Positions 41,571 through 55,720 of a stretch of DNA of 64,000 nucleotides are shown here, piece by piece (position 1 is the first letter of the stretch; every line of letters starts with the position of its first letter). The DNA is from Yuukianura sp. NJ FZ-2021 (Eukaryota), in NCBI GenBank assembly GCA_046563655.1, contig CM102284.1, positions 7,626,001 through 7,690,000 on the forward strand, read 5' to 3'. The notes below the pieces were generated by a model that saw only the letters and a program-made list of their open reading frames with translations, was not told the origin of the DNA and did no database searches. The position numbers were made by a program, and so were the translations under genes.

Positions 41571-42379
41571 TCACTTCTAAAAACAAAATGAAAGCAATTA
41601 AAATTTATGAATTCCCGAACAAAATTAAGTAAATTAATGAAACAAAGCCTAAATCGTGGAGCTTACCTTATCCTTGCTGTCTTTGTCCTTGTTGAAGAAT
41701 GACGTGATTTTGGCGAAAAAACTGGCAGAGTCCTTCTTCTCCGCCCCTGCTGGGCCTTTGGAAGGGCACTTGGGTTTCATCATCGGACAGTCCTTGACTT
41801 TGACTTCTGGACCCTTGCCTTTCCTGTCGTCAGAACGTCCACAGGAACTGCATTTACCGGATCCCTTGGGATACAAAATCATAAAATGAAAATTCTGATT
41901 TCTAGCTTCATCTTGGCTTAAAATTCGGAGCGTTCTTACCCCCGACCCAGATCCATTCCGACCTGTCTTGGAAATTGGCAGAATGTTGGCCCCAGAAGGA
42001 ACTGGATAGTTCTTTAGCGTTTTCCTTGGTGGATTGCAGAGCCAAGCGGGCTTGCAGTCTCCAGTATTGAAGCATGGCATCGGAGGACACTTTTCCTTTT
42101 CGCAATTGTCCGCTGGAGGCTTGTTGTTGTTACAGCGGTCCTTCAATCCGCCACACTGGAAACGGCAAACGTGTTAGCAATTGAGTTACTAGGAATAGCT
42201 TTTTACATGACTTACAATCATGCTCATGAGACTTCCTTTTCCTTTCGGATCGTCCTATATTCCAAGAAAATTAAAAAATCAAGTTAATCGTTAGTTCTTT
42301 ATCGTTAGAATTAGAAAATTGTGTAAGCAATTACCTTGCCGCTGGTTGCGGATGCCTTGCATGACGGTGGGGCACTCAT
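41571..42379 (-). CDS. Small Cys/Lys/Pro/Gly-rich orphan protein, about 167 aa (exons 42379-42335, 42254-42216, 42155-41940, 41864-41667, 41576-41571)
   Basis: All introns GT-AG and phase 0. Translation: MSAPPSCKASATSGK/DDPKGKGSLMSMI/CGGLKDRC..CEKEKCPPMPC../GSGKCSSC..KDKDSKDK/K*. Confidence 0.7.
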
Positions 42380-43128
42380 GTTGTAGTGTAAATCTGTTGG
42401 AACCGGGAACGTCCAAAAATTCAATCGGTGACCCAAAACGCTGAGAAATTTGGAGAGACGAGGTCAAAGGACACGTCCGTTCTTCAATGACGTCCAGATG
42501 CAACTGATCCAGCCCAAAGCGCCGACGACGTTGCTTCGCTGAAGTTTGACTTTCTGTAAACAAGAAACACACGCAAAGTCAGTCGCCATGGTAACAAACA
42601 TACATATTGCAAATTCAATGAAAAAATGAAAATTGCAATAATTTGCTAAATTATTTAGCAAATTGTCAGTGTTCAGTTTATTTGCAAAAGAAAACCGTTA
42701 CTCTTCCCATTCATTCTTTTAAATGTCTATTGTATGAAGCAATGTTCTGGAATTCCAACAATTTACTACGCTAGTAGTTAAAATTCGAACCGTGCGTAAA
42801 ACGGTAAATTTTTGCGCATGCGAGACACAATGTAAACAAAAACAATCACTCACGATCATACTTTTTCTAGCGGGATTTTGTGTAATTCAAAAAGTGAAAG
42901 TACACATAAAAAACAAGAAATAAAAACGAAAGACGGATAAAAAGAGAGATCGATCAAAATTTTTCAGTTGTTTTTTGCGAATCTTGCGAATCTTACAGGT
43001 TCCCGAATCCCGATTAACAAGAGGCGACAAGTAATCGGAGGTGCACCGAGACATAGACATTATAACCTTTGACCTGCCGAGATTTCTACATTTAAATTCA
43101 CAGGAATCACTCACGATTCACTTGGACG

Positions 43129-43801
43129 ATGTCGGACAAGAAACAAGACAGCCGTAAACACAGCGCTGTTCTGTCCACCATCGCGGCTGTTGGTAAGTCC
43201 CGTCGATTTCTTATTTCTCCAAAATCACAACTTACCTACAAGTATTTGGTAAGTCAATCAGCTGATCAGAAAATACTTGGTATGGATGGCTTAATGGCTT
43301 AATGAATAATTAATGCATAATGATAACGAATAATGAATTCAAATACTTCATTAAATTTATCTTAAATTGGTAGGAATCGGAGCCATTGCAGCAGCAGGGG
43401 CGTTCTTCGTAGGAAAAGCACTGGGTGAAGAAGAGACTGAAGCAAGATTGAAAGCTCAGGAGCACTACCAGCAGCAGCGTCAACAGCAGCAGCAGTTTCA
43501 ACAGCAGCAGCGTCGAGCTCCTACACAAACCCGAGTCACTGATCAGCACAGTGCTGAATTGACTGAAGATGAAGACGAAGTGGATCCAAAGCAAGCTCAA
43601 GCTGGAGGCCTTGAACATGAATGTATCATCTGCATGTCAGACTTTGAAGAATTGAAACGTCGCGATATCGAAATTCACACCACCCCGTGCGGCCATCTTT
43701 TCTGTGGTGCTTGTATCAGTCGATGTCTCCAACGTAAAAACGAGTGTCCTACCTGCAAGCAAGTTGTTTTGCCTGGACAAACTCTCCGCGTTTTCCTCTA
43801 A
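43129..43801 (+). CDS. Small RING-HC (C3HC4) E3 ligase-like protein with N-terminal hydrophobic segment and Gln-rich region (exons 43129-43192, 43374-43801)
   Basis: MSDKKQDSRKHSAVLSTIAAVG/IGAIAAAGAFFVGKALG, then CIICM..TPCGHLFCGACI..CPTC..RVFL*. Confidence 0.88.
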
Positions 43802-43859
43802 AAACCTTCATTTCAATTACATTATTAACTACTTTTTGTGATGTCAAAAGTCAAACTAT

Positions 43860-44259
43860 ACTCGGCTCTTTAATCTGCCATCCTCTGATGCCCGTTATTT
43901 TCGCAAAAAGTGCAAAATAAACAAAGAATCTCCCGTGGTTTCCGAAATTTCAAAAAGGGTTAAAATTACACCGGAGTTACCCGATGTAACCACCTCCGCA
44001 ATTACATTTATTTATCTTTATTTTAATTTTATTTCTGGAATTCAAATAATAATGAAAATAATAACTAATTCCTTGGAACCTTGGAAGTAAAATTAAAATA
44101 AAGATAAATAAATGTAATTGCGGAGGTGGTTACATCGGGTAACTCCGGTGTAATTTTAACCCTTTTTGAAATTTCGGAAACCACGGGAGATTCTTTGTTT
44201 ATTTTGCACTTTTTGCGAAAATAACGGGCATCAGAGGATGGCAGATTAAAGAGCCGAGT
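43860..44259. mobile_element. Foldback element / perfect long inverted repeat (172-bp arms, 56-bp spacer)
   Basis: 43860-44031 is the reverse complement of 44088-44259. TAT directly flanks both sides (43857-43859, 44260-44262), a possible 3-bp TSD. Confidence 0.92.
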
Positions 44260-45126
44260 TATAAAGTGTTGAGATTTTCATCCGATTACTTAAATCTTAG
44301 TCCAAGCTTTACCAAGCTGAAACTTAATATAATAGTAGTACTTAATCGGATGACGGATCGTTTGATTTCGATTTCACGTAGCGGTCTAATTTGCTGAATT
44401 CTATAAGAATCTAAAATGCTCGCGTCAAACTTCATTTAGATTAATAATTAATGCGTTTATCAATAAAAAAAAACAAGTTGGCTTGTTGTTTCGGCATGAT
44501 AAACGGACAAAACCGAAGACGATACTCCATCAGAAGCACGGGAAAATGGCTGAAATTAGGATTTGAATAATAATTGACGTTAAACTTAATACGTGGCAGT
44601 CATAATTAATAAAGTGTGATGAAAACTCATTCGCGATTTCAGTAAGTTTCCTTACGATTCAATTAAAATTTCAAATCATGTGTATTGTACATGTTAGGGT
44701 AAATACTGTTTTACGAGAGGTCAACTACAACATTTCAGACAGGATAAGTCCAATTAATAATTATGTACATATAAATTGACACACTTAACATCAATTAACG
44801 CCTCTCAAACAAATGCTGGAGTATTTTTTAGAAGCAATGCATTACGGATCCAAAAACGAAAAAAGAGAAAACGCTACTTCAAATTCTAACCCAAATTAAC
44901 CATAATAGTAAATTGCTTATTTCATGCCTCTCATAATTAAACTGTTTAAATAAGAAATTATAATCTACACACTAACCTTTACATGATTTAAATGTTTTTA
45001 AAAATAATAAACTTTAAAATACCTCAACTAAAAAGAAACACAATTTTTGTAAACCTAAAAACTGGGAACCTGCGGTTTAAACAACAGTTATTTCTTAACC
45101 CACGAAAACGTTTTTGTGATGACAAT

Positions 45127-48100
45127 TTAGTACCCGCCTTGTGGATTTGGGTTATAATGCATCTGTTGTTGACCCGGTCCACGCATTCCCATTTGGTGTT
45201 GCTGCTGCATCATCATCTGCTGTCTCATGCGTTGCTGCGGTCCTTGACCCATCATGCCGGGTTGCTGTTGACCTTGGGTCATCATGCCTTGTTGCCCCTG
45301 ACCCATCATTCCAGGTTGTTGCTGACCTTGACCCATCATTCCAGGCTGCTGCTGACCCATCATTCCAGGTTGTTGTTGACCTTGCCCCATCATGCCAGCT
45401 TGCTGTTGACCCATCATGCCCGGTTGCTGACCTTGCCCCATCATTCCAGATTGCGGTTGGCCTTGCCCCATCATTCCAGATTGCTGTTGGCCTTGACCCA
45501 TCATTCCAGATTGCTGTTGACCCTGATTCATTATTCCAGGTTGCTGCTGACCTTGGCCCATCATCACTTGTTGCTGTGCCCCTTGACCCATCATTCCTGC
45601 TTGCTGCCCCATTTGATTCATTCCACCCATCCCTTGCTGAACTCCGACCATTTGACCCGGTTGACCTTGCCCCATTTGTCCTAAAAATTATAAAATACAT
45701 CAGTATATTACATATTATATAGTACATATGTATTAAAATTTAGTAATGTGTAATTTAGTAACTGATGTGTAATTGTGATAACTCACCTTGCCCTTGAACC
45801 ATTTGACCTTGCATTTGACCCGTCATATTCCCTTGTGACATTTGACCCGGCATGTTGGGTCTCCCGTAAGCCGCTTGCATAGGCCCGCCCATCCCTTGCT
45901 GTTGTTGTGGTCCTCCTTGCATGAACTGTGCATTTCCCCTTGGTCCCATCGGTCTATTTCCTGCTCCCCCGAAATTCATGTCCTGTTGACCCGGTCCACG
46001 GGGCCCGCCCATCATCTGCATTTGACCTGGTTGTTGTTGTGGATTCATCATAGGTCCAGCTCCTTGTTGGACAGGGACAAGACCAGGAGTCGGCTGTTGC
46101 CCAGGGCCCATTCCTCCCATGCCCGCTTGATTGTTGTAACCATAATTCTGGTTCATTCCTAACAAAACATAATGCTTCTTTTAGAAAATCCAGTTCCAGA
46201 TCCAATTCTTAAAAATGAGGAAGTTAGAAGAACGCTAAAAACGTTAGTAAAAACGTAATTATTTGCTAGATACCCTGAGATTGTTGCATTTGTTGCTGTT
46301 GTTGTTGCATCATGGCAGCATTCGGCGGTCCTGCTTGGAATCCAGCTTGTCCAGGATTGGGCATTTGCCCTGGCGGAGGTTGTTGCTGACCACCGGGACC
46401 CTTCAACTGTTGACGAAGAATTCCAGGACCATGTCTAGGCCCTGCACCTCCAGGGCCCCCCGGAGGCCCTTGAGGAAACTGTTGAAACTGGTTTGGCCCA
46501 CCAGGAGGTACAGTTCGAGCTCTTAGGAGATTGTGCAGTGCTGCTTTTGGTGATTGGTTTATCCTGGGTCCAGGCGGCACTATAAAACAAAACAAGGTTT
46601 TCAAAAGTTTTTCACAAATTGTTAAATAATTTCAAAATTTTGAATTTTGAGTTACCTTGACCAGGTTGTGGTGGATAGTAAGGTTGTTGCGGAGGTTGTT
46701 GTTGTGGTGGCTGCTGCTGGGGCTGTCCATTGTAACCCCATTGGGGTGGTCCACCTTGATAGTTTGGCGGCGGCGGTTGATTTCCAGTCGGTCCTCCGGC
46801 CATTGGATTGTGCGGTCCACCAGGAAACTGTCCGCTCTGAATTTCATCATTTACAACTTTCATTTAGAATATCATTTAGAAATTGAGAATTTAGATTTCC
46901 GAATCTAAAATGCAACTTAAATGCAGAAGTTTTCATTTCCTAAGTTCAAAATCTAGAGAATTAACAAAAGAATGGCTTACTCCAAGTTGGGTTCCAATCG
47001 CAGGCGGATTTTGAATTGGAACATGCTGCTGCTGCTGTTGTTGCTGTTGAGCTTGCGCGGCAGCTGCTTGTGCCTGGGCTATTTTCTGTTGTTCCTGTTG
47101 CGCCTTCGTGAGTCGTTTCTTCCTGGGTAGTTTCGGTTTTGTCACTTTCGGAATCGGACCTCTCGGGCTCTGATCCGACATCATGGAAATAGGAGTGTCC
47201 GGTTTCAGATTAATTTCTTCTCGAATGTGAACTTCCGGTTTGAGGTCAATTTCTTCCGGTGGAAGAGGAACTGGTTCTAAAAAGTGCGTAAATGGTTTGA
47301 CCATGTTATGCGTATGAAACTTATTGAGACGATGAGCTTCTTCATAGCGAAGTGGCTTGCGTTCCATCTTGACAGCTCCGAACCACGACCATGACAGCGG
47401 AGCTGGATGTCGCTGACATTCCAGAATTTCCCAAGGACTTACTCGCTGTTTCTCCCAAACTTGAAGGCCCTAGTAAAGAGTAAAACCATCTTTAAATTTA
47501 AAACAAGTAAGAGCACTGGAAAATGGGGAAATCGCTGATTCTGGACAAAAAGCATGAAAAAGACATAGCATCTTTGGATAGAACGAAATTTTGAGAAAGT
47601 ATTTTGAAATTTACTCACCGGCTTTTTGTCAACATATTCAAAAGACTGGACACGATTCCCTTTGGAGTCGACAATAGTTGACGTCGACTGCGTGACAACA
47701 ATTTCCGCAAAAACTCTTGAAAATGGGAGGAGTTGACGCAGGGGTTTGATTGATTCTGAATCTCTATCGGTTAATTCCTTCTTCAATTTCTTGATTAAGT
47801 TCAAATTCTGTTTTCTGACTTCCTCCACACGATCACCAGCTTCTGTCACTTGAGTCGAGTGGACCAACGCTGTCACCATGTCCACAACGGTGAAGAAAAC
47901 GTCACTGAAAAGTTAATCAAAGCATATGTCAATATTATACCAGACAAAATTCAGTTCGAGATTTGTCATTGATGGCACAAACAAAACAATGATATGGTTT
48001 CTGAGTTCCGTTCAACCAATCAACGGGCAGCATTCAAAACCTGACAGAATCCAGCTCGACCAATTAAAATCGATGGTTGGAATGAAAAATCTGCAAACCT

Positions 48101-51100
48101 GTTTGTATTCAAGTCCACTACCGAGTGTGTTACCAACTGCGTAAGCACTACTGCCCACTCTGCTGTCGCTTGAGTACTTCTCTGGACAGCATCAAACATT
48201 CCTCCGACCAGACTCAGACGCAGTCGCAAAGCATCTCTGAGCGTCTCCGTCTTTCCTTCAGCATCCTGTTAAAAAAAATCAACTTTAAAAATTTTAATAG
48301 TTCCACTTGATGATTGTTTTTGTTTTCAGAATTCTTTACAGCTTCTTTTGCAAATTGAAGGAGTTGCGTAAACTGAGTAAGGAGACTCTGCAGCAAAGTT
48401 TCCCTTTGCTCATCTTGACCTCGAAGACAAGTCAGAATCAGCGCAAGGAACGGAAGGTGTGAATGGAGTCCTGTTCCAGAAGCTTTCTTCGGAGCCGTTT
48501 TCGGCCACAGTGTACTTTCCAACACATTTCCTGTAAAAGTTTAAAAAAAAGTTAGTTTCTTTTGTATTAGAGAACAATGATTTGATTCATTGATTTTCGA
48601 AATGATTCTCTTACCAGCATGTCGCAAAACTCGTCCTTGGACTTGCGTTGACAGTTTCTCAATCAGTGGAGCCACAAGCCACGCTGATGCTGCGGAGATT
48701 CCACGTCCTTCACTTTCCTTCTTCTCCGGCGGTACTCCACGGTCTCCCGAAGTACTTCTTACGTTATGGTAGTTCGGCGGTGTCTTGGCAATTGAATCTT
48801 GTCCTTTCTTACCCGACCGCGGACTTTTTCCTGGAGCTGGAGACGGTGTAGCTGAATGTGGAACGACATACTCTTGACCTGGGAGAGAAATAACAAATGA
48901 TATTTTTCATTACACATTGCATATGAAAACATAATCTAAAACTCTCAACTCAAATACATGTGTTTCTTACCAGCTTCTTCCCCTAGATGAAACACTTCTA
49001 ACGCAGAACGTGCGACAGTATCAAGCCATGCTTGATAATCTGCAGAATTATTAGCAAGTTGTCTATTTTGCAGCGTCAGGGCCACTCTGGCTTCTCGGAG
49101 ATTCCATTGATCTAGTCTTTCCATAATGATTCTTGGAACTTGTGTTCTTGGTTCCAGGGCTTCATCTGGAATCATCAGTTCTGGATAACAAATTAGGTGC
49201 AGAAGACGCTGAGCTTGTTTGGTTGACACAATTGGATCCAGCAGCATATCTTCTTGACACAGCTCAACTGGATCTCGCAAACAGCGTTGACGCACCCACG
49301 GTTCCGCACACATTTGCTGAAGAGCGCTCAACGCAAAACTAGCCAAAGTTCTTGGTTCAACCCTAAAAAAAACAAACAATGAATTTCGAAATCTTAAATC
49401 TTGGAATTTCAACTTAAATTCTAAGAAATAAATTTTTAGTTCAAAAATTACCGAATTGACTCATTTCGCTCAAGTGGAAGGACATCCGAAGTGCCTAAAA
49501 TGTGAGAAATAGAAAGCTCCCCTGGTGGCATTCCTGGTCTCTGCTCTCGTCTTCGTTCATTGGCTATGGCAGTATCAGCTAACAGAAGCATCGCTTTGAA
49601 TGCTGCCAAAACTGCTCCGAAAGTGATTCCCGAATGTGTAGCCGAAAGTAGCCGACGATCTGAACTAAGTTTTAAAATACTCGGCTGCAGGTTGGGATTC
49701 ATGACATCTTGTGTTTTGAATAAACTAAGCAGGAGGTAGCAAGTAAGTCGAGCTCCCGCTTCCGTGTCGGTGTCTCTTGGTCCGCGTGACTCGTTCCAGG
49801 CTTTGAGTAGCGACGGAATAACCACTTTGACGACAATGTCTTGAAGAGTAAAACACTGACGAGCAACCAACATGGCAGTGAGAGTGGCCAAACTGGAATG
49901 AATACTCAAATGCTTCACGTCAATCTCTGCTAAAACGTCGGCGTAAACAGCGACATGTCGTGATGGACTGCATAAAGATAGGAGAACACCTAACCATTCG
50001 GATGACAAAGTAGGACAAACGGCTGTCACTGAAAAGCAAAAAAAAAAATCAAAATTTTGAAAAAACAACTAATAAAGGAATTTTTGGTTTTGTGATTTCG
50101 AAAACTTACTTTCAGCACAAAGTGAAGCCAAATCGTTCAGTCTTTCAGCATCAGCTTCGTTGCAAATACTCAGAATTGCATTGGAGACAAAGCTATAGCG
50201 ACAATTTCCGCTTTCATTTAGTTGTCTGATGATCATCGGATCCACCTAGAAAAAATCCAATGTTTTCGCTGTACCTTAATGTTTTTTTTTAAGTTACTTC
50301 GAGGTTGACACGACCAACTTTCTCTAAAAAAAAATCGTACCTTGCGTCGTGGATTGTCCAGACACTGCGTCATGAACGAATGGTTGAATCCATAATTTGA
50401 TTCCAGCGTCGGTTGAGTCACCAAGCACAGTGAAGTTCTCAGTTTGGCAGCAATCGGGTTCAGAAATTCCGTAAAAACTTTGGAACGTAGAAAATTGCAA
50501 CTTGCATGGAGATCCGTTAGATACGCCAAAGTACAACGTTCAGCCGATGTGCACTCCAGTGGATTCGTAAATCGACGCATAATTCGTATAACGCCTTCCC
50601 AAGCCTCTGTTGTCAGTTCCGGATCCACTAAAATCAAACATTAAAAAAAAACTTCATTTTTGAAATTGTGATGTTTTTGAATTTCGTGTCTTACACAAAA
50701 GTGAGCAGTGATATCTTCTTAAAATTGCAACAACTTGCATCTGAAGTGCAGTGATGTATGATGCAGTAATCGGACTTCCTCTTAGGATCAACTGAGCCTC
50801 AACTTCTGGAAGTTCTCGTAAAATTTGCACAGTAGTTTCAATAATTCCCATAACATTGAGTCCAACTTCCATCAATTCGGTGAGGAACGTGATATGTTCA
50901 ACTGTTGGCAAACAGCTACTGCGTCCTAAAAACAAACCAATTTTTATCAAAAACTTTGTCAAAAACCAAAATTTTTGAAAAACTTTGAAATTTTTGAAAG
51001 TTTACCTCCACCAAAAGACGACAGCATTTCAAGTACAGTTGAGGCCGTGGACGAAGTGAGTGCATGTTGGTCAAAAAACGGAAGTCCCATGAACTTGCTC

Positions 51101-54100
51101 TGCAAACTCTCCAGTGAGATTTCATTTTTCGAGTGTTTTTTCACTCTACTGCCGTCGGCTATATCGTAACAAAACTTTTTTGTAAAAAGTTTGGTCAAAT
51201 CCTTCGAAATTTTTTTCACAACATGTTTCGATTCATCTCTCGCTCGTCCCACTCCATACAGCAGAATATGACGCTGATTAGCTTCGTGTTGGTAAGCTTC
51301 GTCTTGTGGCAGCGGAAAATGTGTCACATACAACCGATGTCTTGATTGTCTCACCACTTCGCCTGGCGGAGTCCCACCAATTGTGTTGTGATTCGGTGTC
51401 CCACCGGGCCCACCGCTTCGTGGCCCACCAATTGAGTCTGACTGGCTATTCGAGTTGCTACTGGGTGGTTGATGACTAGATTGCATTCCAGAGAATCCTG
51501 GAACATTTTCTTCCTTGGGTGAATCAATCTGATCCATGTTTTCTTGTTGTTCTTGAGTGATATGACGAAGGATTCTATCCAGATCGTCGTCAATGTTGTC
51601 CATTCGATCATCATAGTCTTGGTGACGATGAAGAGTTTCTTGGAGCCTCGGTAGAGGCTGAAAAAGTGGTCCACCTCCACGCATGCTATTATTTCCATCG
51701 TCCATGAGATCGTGATGAGGAGTAGCTCCTGGAGTTACAGTTGACGATACAGAAGCAGGAGTCATTGGACCAGCATGGGAACCTGGACCTTGTCCAGGAG
51801 TTGCTACTGACTGCATTTGGGCCATTCCGGATTGTCCAGACGGTGGAAGTGGAGGTGGTGGAAATGCGGACAAGTCTCCACGAGCAACCAATGTACACAG
51901 ATAAGTATCGTGAGAGAAGATTTCATGTCGAATTAGAGCCGCAAATAGGTGGACGAGCGATGAAAATTTGACTTTGCTGCTGATGGTCGTATCATCTGAA
52001 ATATTTTTCCAAAAAAAGTTACTTGAAATCTTCAACTTAATTTGAAGCTTCGATTTCTGAAATTTTTATTTTCAAAGTTTCAAAATTCTTACCGAGTGTA
52101 GGAGCATCAGTGTCCAAGTACTTGAACAGCAAATTGTGATAAATTGGAAGACCTGTGTAGCCTTCACTCTCATCATCATCTGCAATGCCATTTCCATTAG
52201 AATTTGTATTTCCTGAACTGCTTTCCTGAATTCCATTGGCTCCTTGTGACTCACTGCCGCTATTCGTGTCTGTCCCGTTCGTCGTTATTTCATCTCCTGA
52301 CGTGCTTTCATTCTTGCTATTTTCTGTACTGTTGCTATTTTGCTGTCCATTGGATCCGTTACTTGCTTCTCCTTGATCATGAACTGATGTGACTAAATGC
52401 TGTCGATGTTCCAGTAGTCGTGCAACTACTAGTGCTCTGTAGTCTCCCGAACGTTGAAGTCCAACTGCCCACTGGCAAAGTAGCAGGACAATTGGAGCGT
52501 CGTTTTCTGCTGGATTTTCTCTACAAATCGGTGTACTTGCGAATATACTTCTGTACAATGTTTCGATGCAATTGGAATTTTCTACTTTGTCGAACGAGTA
52601 GAGGTCAAGTGCTTCCAGTGCTGCTAAGACTTTTTGCAAAGTTGGTCCTGAAAGATGCAAAAATTCAAAATTAAGAGATCAAAATTCAAAAAGAAACATT
52701 TTGCTTCGTGTTTATGTAAATTTTCATTTATATTTCAAAATCTTGTATCTCACCAGCTGACGATTGTTGCCACTCTTCACAAGCCCATTTAGCCTCTACG
52801 GCTCTACTTCGTAATCGAATTTGTTCTTCAATTGAGCGCAGTTGTAGACGTATAATTGGATTGTTAGCTCTCGGAGGCATGGGAAGTGCTGATGGTGACA
52901 CGGCTATAAGATCCAGTGGACTTCCAGGAGGAAGAGTGGTTCGTGTATTTTCACTGGAACCGTAGTTGGGTGATCCAGGAGCAGAGAAATTATTTCCATT
53001 GAAGACCATTGCCGTAGGACACTCCACCACGATAACTTGAAGTGCACTGACCAGAGTTAGAATTGTACTGCGATGAAACGGACAGTGGAGATGTTCGAGG
53101 AGTGTTGCAGGAGGGTGAATCGGAGCTGTAAAGCTGCTTGGAGCTTCCATTTCGGCAAACAAGGGAGAAAGTCTTTTAGCTGCTAAGTGAGCCAAGCGAC
53201 GTGCTAATAACTCTGACTGGGCAATATCTGGAATGAACGCGAGCAAAAGCGGAACTAAGGCTTTCCAGCCACCGTCTTCTAAACTTTTCATTCGGTCACA
53301 TGCATCGATTATCCACTGGAGCCAATCAAATCGGTCTATCAGCCCTTCCTAGAAAAATTACAATAAAGTCAGAATTTTGTACGACTTTTTGTTCGAAACG
53401 TTCTAAAAACGTTGTCTCTTACTTCGTATAAATGCTTGGCAAAGTCGGTACAGTATTGCCACTGGCGAAGGCTGACGTTACCATCTTCTGGAGTAGGAGT
53501 TGAACCGACAGCGGAACTTGTATGTGTTGGAGTCAAAGCTGATCCGCCAATGCTTGAATTTGACCCTGGATTGCTATTTGACCCCAGAAGAGACCCGTTT
53601 CCACCGTTGTGCCAATCGGATAACCGCAGCAGTATGTCCTTGAGACTTCGCAAAAGCGAAACAGTCCATTCTATAAAAAAAAAAGAGAAATGATATGCTG
53701 ATGCTTGACGGATTTCTGTTTTCATAAGTTAAAACTCACCTTGTGTTGGATCAGGCATTTGGCGCTTTTTGGTCTTAGCTTCTGAAATGGCAGAGTTATA
53801 ACTGGCAGTCATTTTGAGGAACCAAGCAGCTCGAAGCATTGGAACTTCATGGTCAGCCAATGTCAAGAAAATCTCCTCCCTCTTGTTGAAAATCGGAACA
53901 CGTTTTGCGAGTGGAGCAAGAGACTTGGTCCCAGCCAAGTCCTTCATGAACATATCTACAACATGCTTGAGTCTTGGAGTCACCGGCCAAAAGTTGTCTT
54001 TGGTATTCACTTGTAACCGACGTTTTCCGGTGTCTGGTAAGGCGTTGAGCTCCGCCTTCTTGGCAATCGTCCCATTGATAAACGTACCAAGCTACAAATT

Positions 54101-54411
54101 GAACAAAATTAGAAATTGTAAGAGTTGAGAAACGCTTGGCTGTCTGATTTTACCTTCGTCGCACTCAGAGTACTAATGTTTTTAGCTGTTCCGAATTCAT
54201 CCGACAGTTGAGGTATATGCGAGAATCCTTGTTTGACATTTATCGCTGTCAGCTCATCCTGAAATGCAAAGACAGACAATTCAACCAACGCAAGTCAAGG
54301 AATGTAAAACATTTTACACACCTCGCGCTGCTTAGCCTCTTGCGGATACACATCTGGAGGACCGAGTCGTGCCCTCTTCAAGGGTCTCTTCTCATACGAA
54401 AATCCGGCCAT
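45127..54411 (-). CDS. MED12: Mediator subunit 12 (kohtalo), many exons
   Basis: N-terminus [104 protein letters not shown], and a Q/G/M/P-rich C-terminus. Confidence 0.97.
45240..45675 (-). repeat. Coding tandem repeat (about 24-30 bp units) encoding (GQ)GQQQ(P/S)GMM in the last MED12 exon
   Basis: Repeated TGACCCATCATTCCAG(G/A)TTGCTG on the + strand. The translation is a run of [10 protein letters not shown] units. Confidence 0.9.
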
Positions 54412-55153
54412 TGAATCTGCAAAATCAACAAAATTCGTAGAAATTGGCAGACAAATGGAAACAGAAACATAACAATATAACCAAAAGTAGTATGACAGTT
54501 TACCTCTGAAACTCATGATAAACTTTTCATTCTGGAACTCCTACAGCTAATGTCCATTTCCTCATCGATCGTTCCTCATTTTAACCTGAATTTAATCCGA
54601 CTTCAGCTACAACACAGAGAGATAACACGATAACAGAAGTCTTGCCAGTATCGTATGAAACAGAAACAGGAAATTCAGCGATTACTTCACAGGGATTACT
54701 TCAGCTCTTCTTGGAAAAATTAACTGAATCCTTGAATTTGTAGCTCTAATAAAACAAAAGATTAAAACCATTAAAATCAAATCAACAAATCAATTCAAAT
54801 TGTTAATTACTTTAAGCTAAATTGATTCTTACCGGAACTTTTAGGTGTTATTGCTACTTTCCTTGATGTACTTTTAGCTACAGCTGACCATAATTAAAAT
54901 GTGCTAAGAAGCCTATGTGGAACTACCTATAAGAATTTAGTTTTTATAACACAACAACAACATGGAATGATAAAAAGTGAAGTGATGATGAGAGCCAGCT
55001 GAAGCTAAATGAAAATGATAAAAACCACTTTTACTTTTTAGAGCAAAGATTTTAGAGCAAAACAAAACGCCAGCCATAAAACTTCTCCTCTTTTCACATG
55101 CTAAGAGTAGGCCCCCTTATCTTTTTTTTTCATTGGCTTTTTGACATTGACAT

Positions 55154-55171
55154 TTCAAATCTCGGCGCCAA
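55154..55171 (-). promoter_or_regulatory. CDE/E2F-CHR-like element between MED12 and the aminopeptidase
   Basis: The minus strand reads TTGGCGCC-GAGA-TTTGAA, an E2F-type core with a 4-nt spacer and the CHR hexamer. Confidence 0.4.
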
Positions 55172-55720
55172 TTTTTTTTCGAAATTAAGGTGAAGGACGC
55201 CACTTAGTTTTTCCTATGCTCATGAAATAACACTTCAGCTTCGTCATTTTTAAAATTTTCTAAAACGACGGTTAGATAGAAATCGTGATAAGGCATTTTT
55301 TTCAAAATTTTTAGTTAAATTTTAGAAATTTTTTAATTAAAATATGATTGTGAGACGATACGTTTATGTTTCAATTTTTGAGCATATTGACTTTCCACGC
55401 AGAATTGGCAAGAATTTGGGTGAAAATGAAATTTAATTTTTTGCAATGATTTTCTAACATTCCGAATTTCAATTGTTTGAAAATGCTTGTTTTAAGTAAC
55501 GGATTGACATATCGGTCATCTTCTACGTCAACGTTTTTTCAATGACTTTTGGGATTAAGTTTTTATCAAAATTTAAATTCTTCAGAGATGAAAACGATAA
55601 AGTTGATTACAGAAGTGGAAGATTAAATGGTTCCATTTTTCGGGAAATCCAGTGACATCCAGCATCAGTTAGACACTGGGAGTAGTCCAGAACGGCAAAA
55701 TTTTTTAAAATTTTTAAAAA

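Noticed and set aside
44992-45727. His/Leu-rich and other repetitive ORFs overlapping the MED12 3' end
   Set aside because: These are antisense or off-frame shadows of the coding GMMGQ repeat.
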